A stretch of 20,300 bases of DNA. It comes from Octopus sinensis (Eukaryota). This document shows positions 1 to 10,305 of this stretch, one piece after another; positions within the stretch are counted from its first letter, which is position 1, and each line of letters opens with the position of its first letter. The stretch covers positions 1 to 20,300 of the forward strand of contig NW_021823959.1 of assembly GCF_006345805.1 (NCBI RefSeq), written 5' to 3'. The position numbers and the translations under genes were made by a program. The notes beneath the pieces are model-generated. The model was given only the letters and a program-made list of their open reading frames with translations. It was not told the DNA's origin and searched no databases.

Positions 1-101
1 GAGTCGACCTCAGCGGAATTTGAACTCAGAACGTAACGGCAGACGAAATACCGCTAAGCATTTCGCCCGGCGTGCTAACGATTCTGCCAGCTCGCCGCCT
101 T
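1..101 (-). mobile_element. SINE family B, 5' half (cut by window edge)
   Basis: Minus strand reads AAGGCGGCGAGCTGGCAGAATCGTTAGC (A-box-like) ... TTCTGAGTTCAAATTCCGC (B-box). It matches the heads at 13816, 14024 and 16471. Confidence 0.9.
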
Positions 102-1368
102 ACCTAATTATTTATACCTGATTGCTCGCTGCTGCTCCTTTGTCAACTTGTCATCATACGTTAGAAGTGATAGGTGACATTTTGTCAATGTGTTTTGTTT
201 TGGTAATGGCTATAGTGGGAATGTTATTTGGGCTTGTAGAAAAGCTGTTGTTGACAGGGAGTATAGGCGATGGTAGTGCATAATTAGAGGTGTATTAAAT
301 TTGTGTCACTGTTGTTTGTTGACAGTTTTTTTAATTGTGTTGCTGTTCAATGTAAGGGTGTTTATTATAGCAGCAACACAAGAGAAAACTTTGTTTTAAT
401 TAGGTCGTGATTTCAATAATTGTATTGGTCGGTAGCTATGCAGTTGCTGATGAGTATTGTGTATCTAAGTTATAAATATAAATGTTTTTTTATAACATTT
501 GATTTGTTTTTCTCGTTCCTACTATTAGTCATAATAGTGTTATAGTTGAATTGTAGTGGTTATAATGGTGAAGCCTTCTATTTCGGTGAAAATATGAATT
601 ATACTAAAAATTTTCTTTTTTGCTTTGTTGTCAGAGACAAAGAAACTAATATAGAGCAGATGAAATTCTATCAAATCCACAGGCGTCCAAAAAAAAGCAT
701 CAAAATCGATAACATCGAAAGCAGCAGTGAGATCATTGAAGAAAATAATTACTCGATATCAACAATAACTGTTAACTAATCCAAGAATATTAAAGGAAGA
801 ACTCCGATGTTGTAATGCTTCTTATATCCGAATTAATTTAACAACACGCCAAGCACTAACAATCATTTATATATTATCGCCACATTAAAACTACTCATTT
901 AGGCAATTTATTTAAGAAAGAACATTTGGAGTATAACGGTAGTGAGATATGGCATCTTCGATGGAAGCAAGCTTTATAGCGAGAAATTAACGTACCATAA
1001 CTAACTTGTCTCTAATAACATTGCTAGATGATAGGGAAAAGAACGTTAGCCAGTTTTCTGAAAAGGAAAAAATATCGATTAAATTCCATCAATTATTCAA
1101 TAAGGACAAAAGCGGGAACAAAATTTAACAGATACTTTGTCAGTAAAATTCTTTACAATCCTTAGCATCCCTTTTCACATTATAAATCTAAATCGTAAGT
1201 GTGATTGCTATCAACTAAAATACGCTTTCTGTTAAAGAAATAACTTTCGGCTAAAATCAGAATTTTATTAGTTCTACCCTCATTAATATTCTTATTTACA
1301 TCTGAGTCATTGATCTCATTCATCGATAATGGGCGCTGTAATGTCTGTGGTTAAGTTTTGGTGAAGAC

Positions 1369-1512
1369 ATGGGTCTGTGGTTAAGAAATCTGATTCCACC
1401 CTACTATTTTTCCTGTTCAATCCCAATGCACGTTATTCTGGGCATATGCCTTCTACCATGGCTTTATGTCGACAAAAAACTGTGAGGAAAGTTTGGCAGA
1501 TGGAAATTGAGA
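1369..1512 (+). mobile_element. Old, highly diverged SINE family A head fragment
   Basis: TCTGTGGTTAAGAAATCTGATTCC..GTTCAATCCCAATGC..TGGGCATATGCCTTCTACCATGGC..GTCGAC..TGTGAG..TTTGGCAGATGGAAATTGA aligns by eye, motif by motif, with the family A head. Confidence 0.7.
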
Positions 1513-1944
1513 GTTTAGTTCATGAAAGAGAACATTCTAGAATGATAGGGTTATCTGTCACCTAAGACCCGTCCAAGGCCCTTTGATGGGTCTTAGGCTT
1601 CATTTCGTCCTTTACTCCCATTAGTCTCTGAGGCTCTGGAAAAGAATCATGGCTGCTTCCCTTTCTTCTTTTACTAAGCGCTAAAAATTTTTCTCTATCA
1701 AAAAACTTCATTGATAAAGGGTGCCTACCCGCAAACTCTACATGCACTCACATATCTATCATAGCGACCCCACCTTAATCACTCCGATTTCTTTCACCAT
1801 CACTTGCTGCAGTCGCCTCTTTCCCATCTCTAAACATTTTCCTCACAATCTTATGAGATACCCCCCTTCTATTCACTCTGTACCATTTGTATTTCCCACC
1901 CCTGGTACCTAGTGGGTGTGTCCCGATGCATTTCCAACACCATC

Positions 1945-1948
<4 letters not shown>

Positions 1949-2009
<61 letters not shown>

Positions 2010-2010
2010 C
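1949..2010. repeat. (TC)n-(TATC)n compound microsatellite
   Basis: Directly visible. Confidence 0.95.
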
Positions 2011-2159
2011 TAACTCTTTTTTCTCCTTTCTTTTCCTACAAGGGTAGCCAAATATCTTCCCTGAAATAAGACATTTATCTCTGTCTCTCTGTTATACTTA
2101 AAGCTCTCAGCCAACACAAAACCACCTCTCTTAATACCACTCCCTTTCCCAGCCATGGG

Positions 2160-2405
2160 ACCTTTGTCTTGCAAGTTACTTTGCGATTCCGTTGGTGCTT
2201 GTGTCACATAAAAAGCACAAGTGTTGGTTCCACATAAAAAGCATCCAGTACACTTTGTAAAGTGGCTGGCGTTAGGCGAGGTATCCAGCCGCAGAAATTT
2301 TGCCAAAGCTAACACCTAAGCCTAGCTAACGTCTAAACCATGCTAGCATGGAAGACGGGCCTTAAATGATGATGATGAGGATGATGATGATGATGATGAT
2401 GATGA
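2160..2405 (+). mobile_element. 3' part of a non-LTR retroelement/SINE (family D) ending in a (GAT)n tail; RTE-like 3' end
   Basis: Duplicated CACATAAAAAGCA motif (~2206 and ~2230), TGGCGTTAGGCGAGGTATCCAGCCG motif, then CCATGCTAGCATGGAAGACGGGCCTTAAA directly followed by (GAT)n at 2366-2405. The RTE association is from recall and is unverified. Confidence 0.6.
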
Positions 2406-2556
2406 CATACTGAGTGATGATGGTTATGCAAAAGCTCACACAAGTACGTTTTAAACTGAGAATCGATTAAACACCTAACCTGGATGCAGACATTGTCTAA
2501 TTTGCCGCTTTACAACTGATATTTATGAAGAAAGTTTTGATTAAATACTTTGTTTT

Positions 2557-2559
2557 ACA

Positions 2560-2607
<48 letters not shown>

Positions 2608-2675
2608 CTACACACACACAAACACACACACACATACACACACATACACACACACGAACACACACACACACACAT
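2557..2675. repeat. Imperfect (CA)n microsatellite
   Basis: Directly visible; explains ORF 2550..2777. Confidence 0.95.
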
Positions 2676-3237
2676 AATTTTACATACATTTACAATGAAC
2701 AGAATTCAAATCCTTGTATTTTCACGCTTGACTACTTTATCAGTAATACATTCTTCATTGGAAATTTACACTTTTGAGTTCAAAGATGCAGGAATCTTAA
2801 CACAAAGCTAATGATGCCTCTCTGAAGTTATTACTGGAAGGAAATAGCTAGAACAGGAAATAGTAAGCGGAGCAAAGAACTCTCGGGTAGCAGTTGATTC
2901 CTTATGTGTTCACAACGTCTCAAATTCATAGAAGCGGAATAGGTTTGTGCGGCGTACAAACTTCTTTCTACAGTAGGAGCTAAATTATGCATATGAACTA
3001 GTTATGACTAGAATTAGAAAATAGGCCACAAACAATGGTGCACACTGCACAACAATATGATGTTAAGGCATTTTATTATTTCTCAATATATTGATCGATA
3101 TCGATCCCATAATATTGTGCTGGTTATGTAGAACAGTTGTGGTAAAGTGTGAACATTTTTCACTTTGGTTTGTGTCCAATACGGAGTAGTATTACCCATA
3201 GATTGAATCAAAAGTCTGCAACAGAATTCTCCATATC

Positions 3238-3316
3238 ATTATATATATACAAATGCATATATATATATATATGTGTGTGCGTGTGTGGTGTGGTGTGTGT
3301 GTGTGTATACAATTAC

Positions 3317-3360
<44 letters not shown>

Positions 3361-3375
3361 TATATAATATATATA
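3238..3375. repeat. (TA)n/(TG)n compound microsatellite
   Basis: Directly visible. Confidence 0.9.
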
Positions 3376-3509
3376 GGCCAGGAGTGGCTGTGTGGTAAGT
3401 AGCTTGCTAACCAACCACATGCTTCCGGTTCAGTCCCACTGCTATAAGCCCCGGGCCGACAATGCTTGTGAGTGGATTTGGTAGACGGAACTGAAAGAAG
3501 CCTGTCGTA

Positions 3510-3551
<42 letters not shown>

Positions 3552-3793
3552 TATATATATATGTATGTGTGTGTGTTTTGTGTGTCGTGTTTGTCCCCCT
3601 AGCATTGCTTGACAACCGATGCTGGTGTGTTTATGTCCCCGTTACTTAGCGGTTCGGCAAAAGAGACCGATAGAATAGTACTGGGCTTAGAAAAGATAAG
3701 TCCTGGGGTCGAGTTGCTCGATTAAAAGGTGGTGCTCCAGCATGGCCGCAGTCAAATGACTGAAACAGGTAAAAGAGTAAAAGAGTAAAGAGT
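3376..3793 (+). mobile_element. SINE family A (tRNA-headed, internal TA/TG tract; probably the octopus OK-type SINE), with ~27-bp internal deletion
   Basis: A-box TGGCTGTGTGG, B-box-like GGTTCAGTCCC, body GTGGATTTGGTAGACGG, internal microsatellite, 3' CAGTCAAATGACTGAAAC and (TAAAAGAG)n tail. It lacks the GTGGCACCTTGGGCAAGTGTCTT block seen in other copies. Confidence 0.93.
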
Positions 3794-4081
3794 ATATACA
3801 TATATATATATATATATTTACACAGCATAGCCACGGACCGACGAAGATGGAAGTCACTCGTTCAAATCTACTTTTCAGAATCACTACATATCTGGGCAGA
3901 TGAAGGTTAAGCATTCTTGGCTGCAATATTTTAAGTAAAAAGTTTCTTATTCTTTACTCCACTACAAATAGTAGCTTGTCCTATACTTCTACAGGTGTAA
4001 TAACTTGTCCTGTACTTTTCCAGGTTTATAATCTTAAGAATATTCCCTTTCATGCTCACAGTTTTCCATGTAATATATATA

Positions 4082-4279
4082 CGGGAGTGGCTATATAGGC
4101 GCGGGAGTGGCTGTGCGGTAAGTAGCTTGCTTAGCAACCACACGGTTCCGGGTTCAGTCCCACTGCGTGGCACCTTGGACAAGTGTCTTCTATAGCCTCG
4201 GCCGACCAAGCCTTGTGAGTGGATTTGGTAGACGGAAACTGAAAGAAGCCTGTCGTATATATATGTATATATGTATATA

Positions 4280-4332
<53 letters not shown>

Positions 4333-4700
4333 TATATGCGTGTGTGTTTGTGTTCCTGTGTCTGTCCCCCTAGCATTGCTTGACAACCGATGCTGGTGTG
4401 TGGTTAATGTCCCCGTTACTTGTGGATTTGGTAGACGGAAACTGAAAGAAGCCTGTCGTATATATATGTATGTATGTGTATGTGTTTGTGTGTCTATGTT
4501 TGACCCCTAGCATTGCTTGACAACCGATGCTGGTTGTTTACGTACACGTCCACGTCGCTTAGCGTTTCGGCAAAAGAGACCGATAGAATAAGTACCTGGT
4601 TTACAAAGAATAGTTCCGGGGTCGATTTGCTCGACTAACGGCGGTGCTCCAGCATGGCCGCAGTCAAATGACTGAAACAGTAAAAGAGAAGAAAAGAAAG
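4082..4700 (+). mobile_element. SINE family A with a duplicated 5' start and an internal tandem duplication
   Basis: False start CGGGAGTGGCT at 4082 and true head at 4097. The body runs to CCCCGTTACTT (4421), restarts at GTGGATTTGGTAGACGG (4422) and continues to the tail at ~4700. Confidence 0.9.
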
Positions 4701-4746
4701 ATATAACAAATATATATATATATATATATTATTATATATATTTACG

Positions 4747-5189
4747 CTTTTACTCTTCACTCTTTTATTTGTTTTAGTCATTTGACTGCAGCCATGCTGG
4801 AGCACCGCCTTTAGTCGAATAAATAGACCCCAGGACTTATTCTTTGTAAGCCTAGTACTTATTATATCGGTATCTTTTGCCGTACCGCTAGGTTACGGGG
4901 ACGTAAACATACCAGTATCGGTTGTCAGGCGATGGTGGGAGGGAACAAACACACACACAAACATGCACCACCCCCTACATATATATATGTATATATATCT
5001 ATCTATATATATTATATATATATATATAATACATATACGACGGGCTTCTTTCAGTTTATTCTACCAAATCCACTCACAAGACTTTGGTCGGCCAGAGGCT
5101 ATAGTACAAGACCTTGCCCAAGGTGTCACTGAATCCAGAACCATGTGGTTGCTAAGCAAGCTACTTACCACACAGCTACTCCTGCGCCT
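4747..5189 (-). mobile_element. SINE family A, full length, B-box damaged
   Basis: Reverse-complement head ...CACAGCTACTCCTGCGCCT at 5189 and tail at 4747; ~10 bp missing after GGATTCAGT. Confidence 0.92.
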
Positions 5190-5216
5190 CTCTCTCTCTC
5201 TCTCTCTCTCTCTCGT

Positions 5217-5250
<34 letters not shown>

Positions 5251-5482
5251 ATATATATATGTGTGTGTGTTGTATGTGTGTGTGTGTGTGTGTGGTTGTG
5301 TGTGTTTGTGTGTGTGTGTTGTGTGTGTGTGTTTTTATGTTGTGTGTGTGGTTTGTGTGTGTGTGTGTGTTTGTGTGTGTGGTGGTGTGTTTGTGTGTTG
5401 TGTGTGTGTGTGTGTATGTGTGTTGTGTGTGTTTGTATGTTTGTGTGTGTTTGTGTTGTGTGTGTGTATGTGTGTGTGTGTT

Positions 5483-5520
<38 letters not shown>

Positions 5521-5550
5521 TGCGTGTGTAACGTATATATATATATTTAG
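5190..5550. repeat. (TC)n-(TA)n-degenerate (TG)n compound microsatellite
   Basis: Directly visible; source of the Cys/Val and His/Thr ORFs. Confidence 0.95.
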
Positions 5551-5992
5551 CGTAAGATAAGATACCAGGTGTGGGCATTATCATATTTTTCTTATTAACT
5601 TATCTAAGAGTAAGCATACAAATGCCTCCACTCTTACACATTCATATTCTAGCATGTTCACACATACTTTCCCGAACCCACTATGTATGTGTGATCGCAT
5701 GCACGTAAGCATACTCGACCGCTCTGCCTACGTTCACCCCAACAATACACATTCACAAACATTAATTTTCACCCCTTCCTCAAGAGCCCTTTGTTTTCTA
5801 CCAGATTTCAAACCTTTGAGAATAGTCCGTCTATTCGAATCAAACCCCTCATTAGGACTTCCGCTGTCTGTCTCCTTGAAAATAAGAATTACATCCTTTA
5901 CGAACGCCCTTCATCCGATTTCCGCTTTTATCTACTGACACATTCATCTTGTCTGCAGGGCTAGCCCCTTTGCTTTTGATAATAACACGCGC

Positions 5993-6370
5993 TCACACAC
6001 ACACACACACACACACACGCGCGCGCACACGCACACGCGGACGCACATACACGCACATGCACATACACACACGAGCGCGTGCATGTCTAAGTATATGTAC
6101 GTACGTATGTTTATGTGTATCAATACATATATACATGTGTGTATATGCATGTAAATATATATATATGCGTGTATATATATTCATATAAATATATATATAT
6201 GTGTGTGTATGCATATAAATATATGCGTATATGTATATATATATCTATATATATATATATCCACACAGGCACATATATAAGTATAGATGTACAAACATAT
6301 ATATATACATACATACCTGCATACATACGTGTTGTTGTTGTTGTTGTTATTGTTGTGTGTGTGTGTGTGC
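5993..6370. repeat. Alternating purine-pyrimidine low-complexity tract: (CA)n,(CG)n,(TA)n,(GTT)n,(TG)n
   Basis: Directly visible. Confidence 0.9.
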
Positions 6371-6721
6371 AAGGACTGTAATAGTGATATTAATGCTTCA
6401 TTGTGTTGAAAGAAAAGAAAAAGAAAGAAAAGAAAAGGAAAAAATCAAAAGATGATTTCTTGACACATCGCGATGATATTCTGAGAAATCGGAAGAGAAC
6501 ATGACCAAAGCTTAACCCAAATGAAAGAATGGTCATGTTGTTTCGCTTGTTCAACATCCGACTTATGAACAACTAAGGCCAATGGTATCACATCTTTTAA
6601 ACCTCCATAAACATCTTACGGCTTCCTACTTCAGGAGAAAGATTAAAAGAAACATATTTCGTCTTCTGAAATACGGAACTCCTCAAGAATTTTTTTATTA
6701 TTATTATTAGTATTATTATTA

Positions 6722-7151
6722 CTCTCTCTCTCACTCCTTACTCTCTTTCCTTTACTTTTTACTTGTTCAGTCATTTGACTGCGGCCATGCTGGAGCACCG
6801 CCTTTAGTCGAGGCAAATCGACCCCGGGACTTATTCTTTGTAAGCCCGTACTTATTCTATCGCGTCGCTTTTGCCGAACCGCTAGTTACGGGGGACGTAA
6901 ACACACTAGCATCGGTTGTCAAGCAATGCTATGGGGACAAACACATCACACAAACAATACCACAACACACACTTATATATATATATATAACGACAGCTTC
7001 TATCAGTTTCCGTCTACCAAATCCACTCACAAGGCATTGGTTCGGCTGGTCGGCCCGGGGCTAATACAGAAGACACTTGCCCAATGCCACGCAGTGGGAC
7101 TGAACCCGGAACCATGTGGTTGGTTAGCAAGCTACTTACCACACAGCCACT
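6722..7151 (-). mobile_element. SINE family A, missing first ~10 nt; possible 15-bp TSD
   Basis: Complete body on the minus strand. TATTAGTATTATTAT occurs at 6705-6719 and 7165-7179; the right copy is offset 13 bp from the head, so the TSD call is tentative. Confidence 0.92.
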
Positions 7152-7380
7152 TTTTTTACTAATATATTAGTATTATTATCTGCTATAATTCTTGAATGGA
7201 AGAATCGTAGAATAACAGAATAAAGTAAAAGGTAATTCGTTCCAACTTTTTAGATTGCGTTCTAAGCAGAAGATAAACTGCACTGTCAAGTTTATGCTTA
7301 TAACTGTTGATTGAGTCAAACTGGACGTTGTATTATATATCTGTATTCTGACAGACTTATATTTCTTTTCCACAAAGAAA

Positions 7381-7572
7381 AGGCGTAGGAGTGGCTGTGT
7401 GGTAAGTAGCTTGCTAACGAACCACATGGTTCCGGGTTCAGTCCCACTGCGTGGCACCTTGGGCAAGCGTCTTCTACTATAGCCTTGAGCCGACCAAAGC
7501 CTTGTAAATGGATTAGGTAAACGGAAACTGAAAGAAGCCCGTCATATATATATATATATATGTGTGTGTGTG

Positions 7573-7617
<45 letters not shown>

Positions 7618-7818
7618 TGTGTTTGTCCCCCACCATCGCCTGACAACCGATGGTGGTGTGTTTTCGTTCCCGTAACTTAGCGGTTCGGCAAAAGTGACCG
7701 ATAGAGTAAGTACTAGGCTTACAAAGGATAAGTCCTGTGGTCGATTTGTTTGACTAAAGGCAGTGCTCCAGCATGGCCACAGTCAAATGACTGAAACAAG
7801 TAAAAGAGTAAAAGAGTA
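7381..7818 (+). mobile_element. SINE family A, full length
   Basis: AGGCGTAGGAGTGGCTGTGTGG head, CCTTGGGCAAG block, internal (TA)/(TG) tract, stem-loop and TAAAAGAG tail. Confidence 0.95.
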
Positions 7819-8070
7819 TGCATATTTGATTGAGGAGACAGTATTTCTGCTAAACTACTACACAATCACTTGAGTGTCCACCTCTGATATGTAAACAATT
7901 CCAAAGAAGGTCTTAGACAAAATCTGATTACAATGCCTAGGTAGATGTACCACTTTTATGTAATCTCTCGAACCGCTAGAATTGAAACTAAATTTCCTTT
8001 AATTCGCAATTTACGGCCTTAAAACAAAGAATATTGTAGTTCTAGATGCATGTATCTGAAAAAAATAATT

Positions 8071-8246
8071 AGGAGTGGCTGTGTGGTAAATAGCTTGCTT
8101 ACCAGCCACATGGTTCTGGGTTCAGTCCCACTGCGTGGCACCTTGGGCAAGTGTCTTCTACTATAGCCTCGGGTCGACCAAAGCCTTGTGAGTGGATTTG
8201 GTAGACGGAAACTGAAAGAAGACCGTCGTATATATGTATATATATA

Positions 8247-8286
<40 letters not shown>

Positions 8287-8521
8287 TGTGTGTTTGTGTG
8301 TCTGTGTTTGTCCCCCTAGCATTGCTTGACAACCGATGCTGGTGTGTTTATGTCCCCGTTACTTAGCGGTTCGGCAAAAGAGACGCGATAGAATAAGTAC
8401 TACTAGGGCTTACAAAAGAATAAGTCCCAGGGTCGAGTTGCTCGATTAAAGGCGGTGCCGCCCCAGCATGGCGCAGTCAAATGACTGAAACAAGTAAAAG
8501 AGTAAAAAAGAGTAAAGAGTA
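8071..8521 (+). mobile_element. SINE family A, near full length
   Basis: Same motifs as the 7381 copy. Confidence 0.95.
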
Positions 8522-8695
8522 TGGGAACTGTATGGTCTCAACTAGATCGTTTTTCTTTCGTAAGTTCGCCTGCTTAATAAAGACTGACCTGAGGATGACC
8601 AACAGCAACAACAATATCTAGACATGTATTTATTTCGCCAGCTCTAGTTTGTGACCTATACCAACCACACACACACACACACACACATAATTATA

Positions 8696-8920
8696 TACAA
8701 GAGTGGGGTGGGTCTGAAAAGTTCCTGCCTTCATGTAAAAGAAAATACAGGCAGATCAGTTAATTATGATTTTATCCAACATAATCCCCTCTCAGATTCA
8801 TACACTTATTACAGGGGTCCTTCAGTTTTTCTAAGCTTTGTAAAAGAACTTGGAATGTTAGGCCTCCAGCGAGGCCTTTCGCGACACCCTTAAGGCAGTT
8901 ACTTTACAGCATCTCTCGTA
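8696..8920 (-). mobile_element. Tc1/mariner-derived MITE retaining the transposase C-terminal coding remnant
   Basis: Degenerate TIRs (TA-CAAGAGTGGGGTGGGTCTGAAAAGTTCCTGCCTT versus AAGGCAGTTACTTTACAGCATCTCTCG-TA) with TA at both ends. Minus 8849-8772 translates VLLQSLEKLKDPCNKCMNLRGDYVG*, matching the mariner C-terminal pattern G/S-x-x-KL-x-x-R-W/C-x-KC-x-x-x-x-G-x-Y. Confidence 0.82.
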
Positions 8921-8947
8921 TATACACGCGTACGCGCGCGCACACAT

Positions 8948-8980
<33 letters not shown>

Positions 8981-9387
8981 CTCTCTTTTTACTCTTTTAC
9001 TTGTTTCAGTCATTTTGACTGCGGCCATGCTGGAGCACCGCCTTTAATCGAGCAACTCGACCCCGGGACTTATTCTTTTGTAAGCTCAGTACTTATTCTA
9101 TCGGTCTCTTTTGCCGAACCGCTAAGTAACGGGGACATAAACACACCAGCATCGGTTGTCAAGCAATGCTAGGGGGACAAACAGACACACAAACACACAC
9201 ACGCATATATATATATACATATATGCGACGGGCTTCTTTCAGTTTCCGTCTACCAATCCACTCACAAGGCTTTGGTCGGCCCGAGGCTATAGCAGAAGAC
9301 ACTTGTCGAAGGTGCCACGCAGTGGGACTGAACCCGGAACCATGTGGTTGTTAAACAAGGTACTTACCACACAGCCACTCCTGCGCC

Positions 9388-9388
<1 letters not shown>
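8981..9388 (-). mobile_element. SINE family A, full length, flanked by (TA)n
   Basis: Head ...CAGCCACTCCTGCGCCT at 9388 and tail at 8981. Confidence 0.95.
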
Positions 9389-9421
<33 letters not shown>

Positions 9422-9473
9422 ATCTATATAATATATATATATATATATGTATTTATGTATGTATTGTATGTTG

Positions 9474-9500
<27 letters not shown>
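9389..9500. repeat. (TA)n microsatellite
   Basis: Directly visible. Confidence 0.95.
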
Positions 9501-9504
<4 letters not shown>

Positions 9505-9541
9505 AAATTCAAAATGCGATAAAATAAATTAATTATTATCG

Positions 9542-10283
9542 CTGGTGTATATATATATATGAGCAATGATGCATCTTTCCAAATGCATATTGCTAATCTG
9601 GTGATAAAATGCAGACTGCTAGCTGGATGGATTCTCCGAACTTTCAGAACAAGAGAGAAGGAGACACTGATGGTCCTATGGAAACATTCGTCCTCAGCCG
9701 CTTGGACTACTGCTCCCACTTTGGTCACCACACAATATAAAACAAACAGCAGAACTCGAAGCAACTCAGAGAAGCTACACAAAAAAATCGTCTCAATGCA
9801 AAATGTCAGCTACTGGGAAGACTGAAGGTATTAAACCTCTTCTCCCTGGAGCGGAGGCGGGAGAGATATGCAGTGATATACATCTGGAAAATCCTGGAGG
9901 GTCTTGTCCCAAACTTTGGCATTCAAAGTTACTCCAACCGCAGAACGGGGCGCCGCTGCGTGGTGCCAAGGATTCCAACATCACCATCAAAATACAGGTC
10001 CAGATACTGCAACAGCTCTTTAACATCCTCCCTAAATGCCTGAGAGACTTACATGGTGTGGATGTGGGTTTCTTTAAAACTAAACTGGATCTCTTCTTGT
10101 TGGGAGTCCCAGATGAACCTACCTCACGACAGGAGACGCGGATGCGGGCAGCAGCATCGAACTCCCTTGTTGATCAAGTGCCACGTATCAGAGGTGGATT
10201 CACAAACTAGTGTAGCTCATTCAGCGGTGGTGCCCCAGCATGGCCGCGGCCTTCGGGCTAAAACCTTTTAAGGATTTAAGGAT
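9542..10283 (+). mobile_element. 5'-truncated CR1/L2-group LINE: C-terminal part of ORF2 plus 3' end
   Basis: Frame-corrected translation GVYMSND..WILRTF..VLSRLDYCS..WSP..SLERRRERY..IYIWKIL, with stop TAG at 10208-10210. This is followed by the 3' motif GGTGGTGCCCCAGCATGGCC + hairpin + AAAC and a (TTTAAGGA)2 tail. It is clearly homologous to minus 17640-18400. Confidence 0.88.
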
Positions 10284-10305
10284 ATATATATATATATATA
10301 TATTA

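Noticed and set aside
103-780. G/T-skewed stretch and ORF 546..779
   Set aside because: Looks like decayed (GTT/TAT)-type low-complexity sequence; the ORF is short and has no recognisable domain.
5814-5874. Possible 61-nt minus-strand exon (ETDSGSPNEGFDSNRRTILK)
   Set aside because: AAG acceptor, weak donor, no recognisable protein similarity; indistinguishable from chance.
6441-6485. C/D-box snoRNA-like ATGAT...CTGA
   Set aside because: The C box does not match RTGATGA, the span is too short and there is no terminal stem.
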